The notes below the pieces were generated by a model that was not told the DNA's origin, ran no database searches, and saw only the letters and a list, made by a program, of their open reading frames with translations. The position numbers and the translations under genes were made by a program. From Pecten maximus (Eukaryota): DNA of 64,000 nt. This document shows positions 10,946 to 23,600 of the stretch, piece by piece. The stretch is taken from the NCBI RefSeq assembly GCF_902652985.1, contig NC_047030.1:4898001-4962000 (forward strand), read 5' to 3'. Every line of letters starts with the position of its first letter. Within the stretch, counting starts at the first letter, position 1.

Positions 10946-13900
10946 CTGTATCAATAAAGATGAAATATCATTATTCCACACTGATTTATACTGATTCAAC
11001 AATATAAAGATACACTGTAAAAACATATTTAATACTGATTAAGTCTGAACAACAGTAGAAAATTCACATTATGATTTGAACTCCTATACTCCTTAGCACT
11101 CCTATAATGGAGCTGGGGATCAAAAACTGAATCTCTTTCACTTGATAATGATACATGATTTGGGTTAAGTCCCTTTGAAATGCATGAGAAGAATTTTTAT
11201 GATTATTAATCAGAACTTCACCTATAAGGTCTTCCCCTAAATAAGCATCAGTCATTCATATTGTTATAAATGCAAAACAAGGACATAGTCATCAAGATCC
11301 CCCTCCCATGCAAATATTGTATCACATGAAATTAAAGTAGGCAACATGCATACAAATATAAAACACATGACATATTTGCATTTGGAATTTCTAAAATGAT
11401 GATGGACAATGAGAAGCGGCATAATGAGTTGGAGGATGAATGATAAGGAAAGGCAATGAGGAGTAGGAGGAATGATGAGGAAGAAAAAAGAGGAGTCTGA
11501 GGAGAGTGATGAGAAAAAGCAATGAGGAGGAATGATGAGGAGGACCAATTTATAGTAGGAAGAATGATGAGGAAGAGAAATGAGGAGGAGGAATGATGAG
11601 GAGGACCAATTTATAGTAGGAAGAATGATGAGGAAGAGAAATGAGGAGGAGGAATGATGAGGAGGACCAATTTATAGTAGGAAGAATGATGAGGAAGAGA
11701 AATGAGGAGGAGGAATGATGAGGAGGACCAATAAGAAGGAGGAGGAATGATGAAGAAGAGAAATGAGGAGGAAGAGTAATGAGGAGTAGGAGGAATGATG
11801 AGAAAGAGAAATGAGGAGTAGGAGGATTAATGAGGAAGAGCAATGAGGAGTAGGAGGATTAATGAGGAAGAGAAATGAGGAGTAGGAGGAATGATGAGGA
11901 GAGAGAATGAGGAGTAGTGAGGAATGATGAGGAAGAGAGATGAGGAGTAGGAGGAAGGATGAGGAAGAGAATATGAGGAAGTAGGAGGAATGATGAGGAA
12001 GAGAATATGGGAGTAGTAGGTGAGGAATATGATGAGGAAAGAGAGAGGAGAATATGGCGGAATGATGAGGAAGAGAAATGAGGAGTAGGAGGAATGATGG
12101 GCGGAAGAGAAGAAAAGATGAGGAGTAGAGGAATGATGAGGAGGTAGAGTAAGAGGAGTCGAGGAAAATGATGCGTAAAGAGAAATGAGGAGTAGAGGGA
12201 TTAATGAGGAAAGAAGCATGAGGGAGTAGAGGAATGATGAGGAAGAGAAATGAGGAGTAGGATGATATGGATTGAAGGAAGAGAGATGGGAGTAGGAGGA
12301 AGGATGAGGGAAGAGAAGAAATGAGGAGTAGGAGGAATGATGAGGAAGAGAGATGAGGAGTAGGAGGAAGGATGAGGAAGAGAAATGAGTAGTAGGAGGA
12401 ATGATGAAGTAGAGTAATGAGGAGTAGGAGGAATGATGAGGAAGAGAAATGAGGAGTAGGAGGAATGATGAGGAAGAGAAATGAGGAGTAGGAGGAATGA
12501 TGAGGAAGAGTAATGAGGAGTAGGAGGAATGATGAGGAAGAGAAATGAGGAGTAGGAGGAATGATGAGGAAGAGTAATGAGGAGTAGGAGGAATGATGAG
12601 GAAGAGAAATGAGGAGTAGGAGAAATGATGAGGAAGAGAAATGAGGAGTAGGAGGAATGATGAGGAAGAGAAATGAGGAGTAGTTGGAAGGATGAGGAAG
12701 AGTAATGAGTACAATGTAGTAGGAGGAAAGATGAGGAAGAGCAATGATAAGGAAGAGGCTCATGATTAGGAGGAGCAAGGAAGAGGAGCAATGAGGAGTA
12801 TTGAGGATGATAATATTAAGGAAGACTACTGAGGAAGAGTAGTAAGGAGATACGAGCATGGGAAGCAATGTGGAGGAGGAGCATTATGAAAAAAAGAGAA
12901 TGAGCATTGTGAGGAGGACAAGCATTGAGGTGGAGCATAATAAGGAGGAGGAGAGGCAAGGAGGAAGAGGAGTTGTAGAAAAAAAATCTACATAATAGAT
13001 TATCAAAACAAGAGGCCCGATGGGCCTGTATCGCTCACCTGGCTCTACAGCAACTTTGAAGTTGATTGATGTCATTTCTACAGATACTATGCTGATTACC
13101 TCTTTATTCAAATATCATAGTAAGCTAGGTTTATTCACATTAATAAATTTCTAGTCCTTCATTCCAGCATTCTATTGGCTTAATATCAGGTCTCGGAGGC
13201 TCTTGGCTATCGCAAAATTATTGTTTACAGATTTAAGCTGATTTCACCCCTGTGAATGTAGGTCGAGGTCATTTATTTGAACAAAATTGGTAGCCCTTCA
13301 CCCCAGCATGCTAAAAGCCTAATATCAAGTCCCTGTGCCTCTTGGTAATTAAGGAGAAGTTAATTGAAGATTATAGCCTATTTGAACAATGTGACCTTTA
13401 GTGACCTTGAATGAAGGTAATTTATTTTAACAAACTTGGTAGCCCTTCACCCCAGCATGCTGCAGGCCCAATATCAAGTTCCTGGGCCTCTTGGTTATTT
13501 AGAAGTTGTTTGAAGATTATAGCCTATTTGACCCATGTGACCTTGAATGAAGGTCAAGGTCATTTATTTGAACAAACTTTGTAGCCCTTCACCCCAGCAA
13601 GCTACAGGCCCAATATCAAGTCCCTGGGCCTCTTAGTTATTGAGAAGAAGTCGTTTGAAGATTATAGCTTATTTGACCCATGTGACCTTGAATGAAGGTC
13701 AAGGTCATTTATTTGAAGACACTTTGTAGCCCTTCACCCCAGCAAGCTACAGGCCCTAATATCAAGTCCCTGGGCCTCTTAGTTATTGAGAAGAAGTCGT
13801 TTGAAGATTATAGCTTATTTGACCCATGTGACCTTGAATGAAGGTCAAGGTCCCAAAATATCAAGTCCCTGGGCCTCTTGGTTATTGAGAAGAAGTCGTT

Positions 13901-14882
13901 TAAAGATTTAAGCCTTTTTGACCCCTGTGACCTTGAATGAAGGTCAACGTTATTCATTTGAACAAACTTGGTAGCCCTTCACCCCAGCATGCTACAGGCC
14001 CAATATTAGGTCTCTGGGCCTTTTGATTATTGAGAAGAAGTTGCTTGAATGGAAAAGTTGACGCTGGACGGACGGCCGGACGGACAGTTGGACGGACGGA
14101 CGACGGACGCCGGGCCACGGCATAAGCTCACTTGCCCTTCGGGCAGGTGAGCTAAAAACCTTTCAATTTCACCTATACATGTACTTAAATTTGACGTTTC
14201 TGCATGTCCGTTGGATTGAGCCCAAAAGAGAGAAAGAGAATGGAGGCAGACTTACCATTTGTACAAAATTTCTTTCCCTTCCCCAAAGGCAAGTTCTAAA
14301 TTCTAGTCAAATTCTGCTTTTAATGCAACTATATACATATATAATTATAATTTTACAATACAGTGTCAATGCAAATGCTCAATAGTGTCTTTTGGACCAG
14401 GTGGGTCGGATGCGTTAAGATAAACAGATAATATCGTGTTAAAATATTACCATATATGTAGCATTGTATTTGCTTGCAGCTCCTTCTAAGATGCGACCAG
14501 CCAGGTCCTTGCTTTCATCATCTCCTATTATATGTAAAGACAGAGGAACAGTGGCCCATTTAAACATGGAAGATACAGTAACTTCAAATTTTTGTTGGAG
14601 TCCTCTATTATCTTTTGCCTTGCTAAATGTTATGATAACATCAATGTTGTTTATCAATTTCTTCACATCCCGATGATCCTCTTTATTCGTTTGCACAGTA
14701 GTTGCAGTAGATGGCTTTCCCTTATGGATTTTTCCCTTGTCACTGGGACTGGATTTGCGGTAGTATTGCTGATTGTTTGTAGTAAAAGTTTGTGATGACC
14801 ACGGCCAGAAGTTAAAAAGTATGTAAACGAATATGCATCCAATTATTATAATCAATATCTGAGATTTCTTGATGTAAGTCAT
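10253..14882 (-). CDS. XXYLT1: Xyloside xylosyltransferase 1 (GT8 family, Notch EGF O-glucose glycan elongation); 2 coding exons 14882-14451 and 10945-10253; 374 aa
   Basis: Exon 1 encodes an N-terminal signal anchor (ILIIIIGCIFVYILFNFW) and ends ATG|GTAATA. Exon 2 starts TACAG|ATG in phase 0. GT8/XXYLT1 motifs are present: MLDADLKF (DxD), GFNSGVLLLDLDKMR, HLGDQDFF, LPCTWNRQLCDWW, IYHGNCNTAIP. Confidence 0.93.
11400..12975. repeat. Purine-rich minisatellite (32-bp unit GAGGAAGAGAAATGAGGAGTAGGAGGAATGAT, with 61-bp variants) in the XXYLT1 intron
   Basis: Directly visible tandem units; almost no C on the + strand. Confidence 0.95.
13007..14158 (+). mobile_element. Complete HINE (Helentron-associated, Pearl/DTC84-like) element with internal tandem repeats of about 145 bp
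   Basis: Hairpin AGGCCCGATGGGCCT and subterminal GCTCACCTG at one end; core repeats (GTAGCCCTTCACCCCAGCA, about 5 copies); (GGAC)n; hairpin AGCTCACTTGCCC-TTC-GGGCAGGTGAGCT plus A run at the other end. Confidence 0.85.
14451..14882 (-). CDS. XXYLT1: XXYLT1 coding exon 1 (TM anchor, stem, start of catalytic domain)
   Basis: ORF MTYIKK...NATYM; donor GT at 14450-14449. Confidence 0.88.
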
Positions 14883-15559
14883 ATTCCGTTGTATACACCT
14901 AACGTTAGCTCACAACGTGTATTTTTATTATCAAGCGTTCAATTGACATTGATCTACTTTCGTTTACCTGGGCCGTTTTCGTTTTGGCGGTCCAAACGGT
15001 TAGACCACTTAACCGGTGATGTTCATTTATGAAAAAAAAACGGACCTGATGATTTTATATTGTTGTCAGAAGAGCCTTTACAAAGACTTCGAAGGCCTTA
15101 TTAACCTTTTGCAGGTCCGTTATGATATATATGTTGGAAATACTCCATTTAAAATTTGACAAATCGGTTTGTCCTCATAAACGAAAAAGGCCCCAGATGA
15201 TTTTATCTTTTATTCTGTCTCTAAATATACAATACATGATGTATATCAACTGTTATTTATTTATTCATTTTCAACCCGCAATTTGCTGATATCATGTATA
15301 TTTTGCTATCGATGACGGTAAAATTAATTGTCAGATATTATTTAATTTAAATATAGTAATCGAATGCGGTCATCGAATGCACTAGAAAAATGTGTAACCG
15401 AATGCGCCAATAATTCGACCAATCATTTTACTAGAAGACATGTCATGTGATCAATTTCAATACAGGCGGCCAAAATGGAGGACATGAATGTGATTGTCCA
15501 TTGATTCCTGTAGAAACTGTGTTAAATGCAGTATTTATGAGATATAGGCAACATTCCAG
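14883..15559. promoter_or_regulatory. Probable bidirectional promoter between XXYLT1 and MIIP, including a putative non-coding MIIP first exon (about 15465-15559)
   Basis: Divergent gene arrangement; locally CpG-richer; YY1-like GGCGGCCAAAATGG near 15466; donor CCAG|GTAATA at 15559/15560. TSS positions are inferred. Confidence 0.55.
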
Positions 15560-16404
15560 GTAATATCGCAAGTTCTGGTGCACATATATCACACTTGTTA
15601 ATTAGATGTAATCTCTCCATGGACGCTGTTTTACGTTACCAAGAACGCTTTCTCGCTAAAAACTTGTGTGTACATGTTTTCACAGATTTGTTTATGGTGT
15701 CTTAACTCAGACCGATAGAAAACTTTGCACCAGGTAACTAGAATGCGTTTCTCCCTTTTCACTAGACATTGCACTGTAGTGTATCGATCAGTTACACACA
15801 GCCGATCCCTATTAATCGATCGCGATTTCCCCTAACCTTCCACACTATCTAGTTTTGTTTATATTATCATTAAGACTGTGTGGTCATAAAACTACACTCA
15901 TATTCAGTGATTATTTATCCATACACGTGTGGAAGAATCGAACTCGGCGGAACACGAGTGGTCACTTAGCTCTAGTCTGTTCGCGATCGAGTCTCAGTCT
16001 GGTTGTTGCATTCTGTCTTTCCTGTTACACATGTACAGTACTTAATATTATTAATGTGTTATTGTTTTTTTTCACTTGTAAGCTATTATGCCACCACCTA
16101 TTATTCTGTTGTTTATCAGTATAGCTTTATATTACTGGTTATATGCATTGGATGAAAATTGGAATTAAAATTGAATTAGAAGATAAATATTAATAAAAGT
16201 GCATTTGAAAGGTTAACATAGAACTTTAGTTAAGTTATGGTTTTGGGATAGGAGACCATTGGTGGACAGCAATGATGGCTGTTTCAAATGAGTCTAATGT
16301 TGATCTCATCACTGTTGTAGCTGGGAGGGAGTTCCATTTAATGATAAACATTGCATATTTTTTTGAGACTAACATTGACTTTCTGTAAACTGTTTTGAGA
16401 TATT

Positions 16405-16620
16405 CCCGCGGTGGCCGAGTGGTTAAGGTGTCCTGACACTTTATCACTAGCCCTCCACCTCTGGGTTGCGAGTTCGAAACCTACGTGGGGCAGTTGCCAG
16501 ATACTGACTGTAGGCCGGTGGTTTTTCTCCGAGTACTCTGGCTTTCCTCCACCTCAAAAACCTGGCACGTCCTTAAATGACCCTGGCTGTTAATAGGACG
16601 TTAAACAAAAACAGACCAAA
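16405..16620 (+). mobile_element. Full-length tRNA-derived V-type SINE in the MIIP first intron
   Basis: A box TGGCCGAGTGG; B box GTTCGAAAC; V-like core GGTTTTTCTCCGAGTACTCTGGCTTTCCTCCAC; tail GCTGTTAATAGGACGTTAAACAAAAAC. Confidence 0.85.
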
Positions 16621-16770
16621 ATCCCATAGGATACATGATATATGGTTTCAAGTCTATTATTTGCATAGCTTATTTGTTTTGTGGGGATGATTTCCTCATT
16701 TTTCTTCCAATAAATTTAATAACTACAGCCTGTAATATTTTTTTTAGGTTTGATTTGTGCAATTAAAGAG

Positions 16771-17637
16771 ATGGATATTGATGAACAGTTGAGAGCTCAA
16801 AGCAAGGTCCTGTTGCAGCGCTTGAAGGCAAAACAAGGCAGACTGCAGAACATTGTCAATTCTCAGTCAGATGAAGTCCCCTGTTTAAAAGAAAATAAAG
16901 AAAAAATGGTAAAAAGTGTCAGTGCAGAGAGATCTGGAAGGATCAGTTCTAGGGAAACAAAATTAGACATGTCTACAACTGTAGAAAAAAAACCTAGTAA
17001 TGGCCAACCCCGTGCTAGGGAACAGCTTGCTAGAGCCAGGCTAAATAGCAGGAAAAAGTCTGATGGAGATAAACCAGACAAGTTATGTAATGGTGTTCTT
17101 ACCAACGCAAATAATCTTAATACACACGACCAAAAACTAGATGTTGGGAATAAAGAATTAGATCTCCATAAAGAGAGTGAAGATTGTGTAACCAAGCCAA
17201 AAGTAGTCGCTGACGATGACAGGCTGTGTAGTCAGTTATCAAACTTGAGGTCAGAGGTCAGGCGATCAAGAGACATTGATAAAGATACAGACGTAAAATT
17301 ACGCAGGAGAATAATTGACAAAAATGTAAAAGTTGATTCCCAATTCAATGAAAGTGAATTATGTAGAGAAGATGAAGCATCCAGACTGAACTTCAGTTAC
17401 TCCAAATTTGATGAAAGTGACATAAATTATCTCAGATCAAAGTTTGGTAGTTCTCCAGAGGACATTGATGTAGATGAAGGAGAAAAGAAAGAAACAACAG
17501 AGAACAACAATGCTATTGACCACGATAGAATGTTACAGTCAGCGGGGAATGACAGAAAAGTGGCTAACTTCATCCGTGACACCATGAGCAAACCAAAGTC
17601 AATTCTGATGACGTCTGGACCAAAGGATCTAAAAAGG
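16771..17637 (+). CDS. MIIP: MIIP first coding exon (N-terminal helix plus long charged linker)
   Basis: Acceptor TTTTTAG before 16748; ATG at 16771; donor AGG|GTATGC. Confidence 0.85.
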
Positions 17638-20600
17638 GTATGCTAGAGGTGAAACCCCATAAGGGATATTCCAGTACAATATGTATTCTACTAAACTACA
17701 GGAGGACTCGAGAAATAAAGAAATTCTATGTATGTAGCTTATTTTATGGTATTGTTTAATTAAATCACTTCTATTGGTGATCCCTTTTTGACAAACCTTC
17801 AGTCCTCCGATGGGGTAGATATTTTATTGGAATATCCCTAACCTAATTTAATGATGTATGATATCAATTAATGAGTAAATGTGTTTTTATGTACAACCTT
17901 GAACATATTCAAGGGATAATGATTAAGGTATTAAACTCTACTATGATCGTAATTTTTAACTTGGGTAGTTTTTGGACAGTGATTACTACAAAGTAACTTA
18001 ATTGTGATTTTTGCTGCAACTGTTATACACTGTTAGGCATATTCTTGACACAAAGAAAGTAGATTCTCCCATTAAAACTTTTTTTTACTTCATGCTAATA
18101 CTGTGGTACCAGTAGTTACATGTATGTAATGGAATATATATTAAGCTTTATTCATATTCAGATTTATAATTATTCCCTTTTTTTGCAAAATTTATTCAAA
18201 TACGAAGTGCCTTTTACATAATTACACTGTTAAAATGATTTTGTTCTGTATTTGAAGTAATAAATCAATAGTATCATTAATAATTTAAATTACTTTTTTA
18301 TTGTTGACTTTTATACATGTACATGCAATTTACTATTTGTGATTTTAGTCCCTCAGTAAAGTTAGTTTTCTGACGTCACGAGATGGAAGTATGAGTGTTC
18401 CTGATATGGATCGACATCTCCTTGGTTATGACTGGATCGCAGCATTACTGGACAATGACCGCGGAGCGATGGATCATTCTGAAAACTACTTTGAAGAACT
18501 GAGAGAATTCCGACGTATCAACAGAGATGAATGTGTTAACAACTTTTACATGGAGTGAGTAGTGTGGAGCTTTACATTGAAACATTTTTGTCATGAAATG
18601 GATTTTGTTTGTATATATATTCTATATGTTCTAGTAAATTTTCATGCTGTGGGGAACCTGGAAATTCTGCAAATTCCAGAAATAATCAATTCCCCACCAA
18701 TATTCTAGTACATGCAGATTTCCTGTCATGCCTGGCCAAGATGTTGCTATTTTATCCTTGTTGTGAATTCTGTGTGATTTCAGTTAAATAATTAACATGT
18801 ATATATTAGAACACAATGAGTTTTGATGCGGCTCTTACATTATATTTATACATGTATTGTAAGCTAAAACCTTTGTAAAAAATGCCTCACCATATTAATT
18901 TCCTTTGATTAATTGATATGGATCTTTAGTACACTCACTGATTTTTGTTTAAGTGGCGTGGATGATCTCCTAGCTAACAGAGACCGAGAACCCTCTCCTG
19001 TAGCAGAGGCGTTAGAGGAGACTAGTAAGTACAGTGTAGCAATGTAAATACACACTGGGTCAGTTACATACCTAATATATCATATACTGTACATTGATAC
19101 TTTTCAGAGTAAATATTTCACAAATTCAGTGAACCAGATTTCCAAAGTTTCATATAATGATATTTATTTCTAAACTTCTAAATCATACTGTCATACTTTA
19201 GTATGTTAAATCATGATCAACAGTACTAGTGTTTGGATTATAGAAAGACTGAAGTCCTCAAAATTAATAAATATACCTTTGAAAAGGCCTTTACAATATG
19301 AAAGTTAAAAAAGTAACATAGGTTTTAGCGAACATGGTACTGTACAAACTTCAGAAGATTGTTATTCTCTAATAAGTGGACCGCTCGTTGTATTTGTTCC
19401 CCAGGAGAAAGACGCAGAACTCGCTCCAGTAAGTGATAAAACAGATTCTCCCATAATTAAAATGTGACAATTTTTTTCATTACCACTGCATTAGATGATA
19501 CAAATAATTATTAATAATTAAACGCCTGTTTGCCACATTTGGGTGACTCATTAGACATTGTTTCTTTGGAATATGTTGTACCTATGATGTCACCAAAACT
19601 TTCATTTCAACATTATGATTAACAGCTAGAAATTGTCCAGAATCAGAACCTGTTGTTTGGTCTTTCCAAAAGAAAACAAAAACATGATTTCAGGTTTACA
19701 ATGTAAACATTATGGGAGAAAATGTTAGCCAGGCTCATGGTGCTTGGCTTTTGTGTTAATCAAAATCTTAACATTTAAGTTTTCAAATCGTTAAAAAGTA
19801 AAATATACTCAGTAAAGCTTGTATATTTTACAATTTGAAATTACCAACCTGGTGTTAAATATGACAACTATGACCAGTCCTGGGAAACTGGTGACAATCA
19901 TGTTTAATTGGCATGCTTTGTTAACTATATTATGTTGATACAACAGTTATAGATTTGTACTAACGTCAGTATTATGTTAATACAACAGTTATAGATTTGT
20001 ACTGACGTCAGTATTATGTTAATACAACAGTTATAGATTTGTACTGACGTCAGTATTATGTTAATACAACAGTTATAGATTTGTACTGACGTCAGTATTA
20101 TGTTAATACAACAGTTATAGATTTGTACTGGCGTCAATATTTTCTACAGATGTAGGTACCAGTCTAGGCCGACACCACTCTCAGTTGAACTTTATTTACA
20201 GTTTTGTTATTATTTACCTTTTAAATTCCATTTTAAAGTTGTATTTGATTTTCAGTTAATTCAGTTAAAGTTTATAAGTTACGACTTAATGTTTACAAAA
20301 TATATACATGTGGTTTTATTAATTTACAGTATATGTACTTAAAAAAATTGCCGGGTGAGATAATTATTGTTGTGCAAAGGTTTGATACAATTTCTAGCAA
20401 TTATTACTAGTAACGTACATTAGCTTGATCATGATATAAACACATATTCTTAGACTACAAATTTCTTTCATGGAAAAGAGCAATCATACGGAAAAAATAT
20501 AAAAGTGTTTACAAAAAATATATACATAAAAAAAAAAAATTTGGTAATTTAAAGCCACCATAATAATATTTTCTAACATTTCTTGCCCTAGAAGTATGTA

Positions 20601-23600
20601 CATTTACTGCCCTTACAGAACTTCATTAGCATAGATTTATAACTTACTCGTGCATTTCAATTCAAATCATTAATTATATGCCTAACAATGCATGTAATAA
20701 TGGTAAATAAAATGTAATATCAATAATCAATTTATTAATAATCAATGTATTAATGAAATGCAAAAAAAATATTAATAATCAATGTATTGATAAAATGCAA
20801 AAAAATGCTAATGTTACATGTATGTTTTCTTTAGAGTAAGCTCCCTTCACCCAATTTTAATTGATACTGTACACATGTATATGTACAACAGTGCATGTCC
20901 AACAGTTACTAAGTACAGCATATATATAATATTATAATGATATATAATATATATAATACAGTATCATCAATATCAGTTATTGACCATATTTCTTGTAAAA
21001 CATCCAGAGTGAAAATTTAGCTTGGCAAAGAATATGGTATGCATGTACATGCAGTATTGAAATTAAATGAGCAACATTATTGGGTTTTTCTTAAAAATTT
21101 GTCAAAAATGAAAATTTTTATTGTTCAGAATCAGCTGGTAGACTGAGAAGTTGTGTTGATTTTTCACTTTCAGAGGTGAAGCCGTACACCGTCAATGACA
21201 GGCTTTTTACAGAGCCCCTTAAGCAGCAAGTGTTCAACTACGATGACGATAGGGATAAAGATCCAAAGAAAACCAAGCCTCCTACATTTGAGGAACCTAG
21301 ATTTGTGAGGTAGATTCTGATGAAAATGTTGAATTCTAAGTTTCAGAGAGCTTCTATAGGATTCAGTTTGGTCACAAGGGGCTGCAATAGCTTTGTTAGT
21401 TTATCGTGCCAGTTGTTACCTCAGGGGAAGATCCAAGGTGTTTGATGCTCCCTACTCGTGTCAGTTTGTGTTTCTGTGGAAGCTTATAAATGAGCTTATG
21501 TGTGCTGTTGTGGAAGTGTCCTTGGGCAAGACACTTTACCATAATTGCTCTAAATAGCATGTGACGGGCCTCCAGTATGTTGTGGAGACAGCACTTGAAA
21601 GTGTTTTGAAGACATTTGTAGATCTTTTGATCTGGATTATTTACAGACTCTCATGTACTATTACAGTTAGTATAATGCATTTTTTATCATATAATTGTGA
21701 ACAGAAATACAAACAGAAAAAAATCAGTTGATCAGCATACTATTCATTTTCAGGGTGAGTATTCCAAGGTCTACCTTACTGTCTCCCCATCGAGTTAAAC
21801 CCCATCGCAGAAAGAGTATAGATGACACTGACTCCTTCTCTTTATCTACGGTAAGTTATTAAGTAGGGTCTATGTCTACTGTATGTTCTATTTAGGGTTT
21901 ATGCTCTAGTCTTACAGCAGTAAGTTCACACTAGCTTTTTAAAACTTTTATTCATGCTAGGAAAATGCAGGATCTGCATTCATGTACGATCTACACATAT
22001 TACTAGGATGAAAGAGAATGAGATGAAACTCATTTAGGAGATAATCCTTAGATTTAGATGAGGATATTTCTTGGGCCTAATTGTTTATTTTTAGCCAGAT
22101 CTAATGATAGTGATTGAGAATGTTTCCTGTAGGCTTTTATAATGCTTCATCGTTATTTTTAGAGTAGACATACTAGAAAAACTGTTTCCTTGACTTTCAA
22201 GACTAAAAAAGATACAGATCACTTGTCATTATGACTTCTTAATTCTTCATTACAGCATTGTGTGAAGGGTTACGAGAATGCTGTGCCATCCATGGTCCCG
22301 GCTGCCTCCAATGTTGGCCTGAGAGATGCTACTCATGGTACCAAATCCATGATACAAACGGTGAGAACAGAGCTTACAGCTTCAGATTATGGAATACACA
22401 ACTTCTTGTTTACCATGTCCTATACTAGGATACAGACCAAAATATCTATTTCTCCTCTCACCCTGGTCTTAAAGCTTGCACTTCAGGTGTTTACAGAACA
22501 AAAGTCCTCAACATATCATTCAGGATATTGCTGTTAATTACCCAGTATAAAAGTAAACAGTTTTCTTGCTCAGAACATCTAAATAATTAAGCTATGTCCC
22601 ACCCGAAGTCAGGATATTATTTGTAAGCTAGAGTTTTGCATACAGCACCTTAAATGGAGCATGTGTTACTACTTTAACAGTGATTTTGGTTACAATGATG
22701 ATACTGCATTCTAACAATTTATCGTACTGATCCTCTGAAGTCCAGGACACCATCACAAAAACTTTTATTCAAAGTAGACGGTGGGCAAATATTGTTGGCA
22801 ATAAAATTACATTTGTTAAGATATTCACTGGTAAAACTGCAAAATACAAGGTTTGGCTTATTACCAGGCATAACACAATACATACTCCATTAGGCATATG
22901 TATATTGTACAGAGCACATTGTACATAGTATTTTTTGACCATAGACACTCATGTGACCTAACATACTGTAATATTCTGACTCAAGTCTTATGGTGGTTGT
23001 GAACATCACTGCTTTTAGCTTCTAGCAGTATGGGGACTGTACATGATAAGGGGATACCTCTACTACAGTCTCTAGAGGGAGGGGAAGGAAGGAGAAATAT
23101 GGTATGACTGGACTAAGGGCCAGATAATTGGTTTGCGATTTCAGAGGTCCCATGTTTGGTCTGGTTATGTGATTTCCATCTTCTATTATAGCATCATGTA
23201 TCCACTGTGTTCTGTAGGTCATTATTGTTCTGTTATCCTGTATACACAAGGATCAGAATTTGTATAAGATAGTTGGGTTGTGCACAGTGGTAACACACAC
23301 ACTCGCCTATTGGCTTCACAGCCAGGGTCCAATAAGATTTGAAATGGTACTATGGGTGTCACCTGTCCAACCAGGTGGGTTTTCACTGTGTACCTCTACA
23401 GTTACTATTAATGAATGAATTGATGAATTTACTATTATGATTACATAATATGTTCTAATAGTTCCTCCTTCATTGGAATTTTACACAACTCATAATATAT
23501 CTACAGAAATGCATTTCAGAGCTAGGGCTTCAAAGAGTTAGATTTTGCAATTGAATGTTCAGTCTCTGGAACTGATAATATTACTTTGTGCAGAATCGTT

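Noticed and set aside
11264-12868. Long overlapping S/L/F/P/H-rich ORFs (up to 398 aa) in all three - frames
   Set aside because: Translation of a pyrimidine-rich minisatellite that lacks stop codons; intronic.
16405-16490. tRNA gene candidate
   Set aside because: Has A and B boxes but continues into a SINE body and tail; no proper acceptor stem.
16863-17195. Antisense ORFs over MIIP, XXYLT1 and EXOSC10 exons
   Set aside because: Shadow ORFs of real coding exons with no independent evidence.
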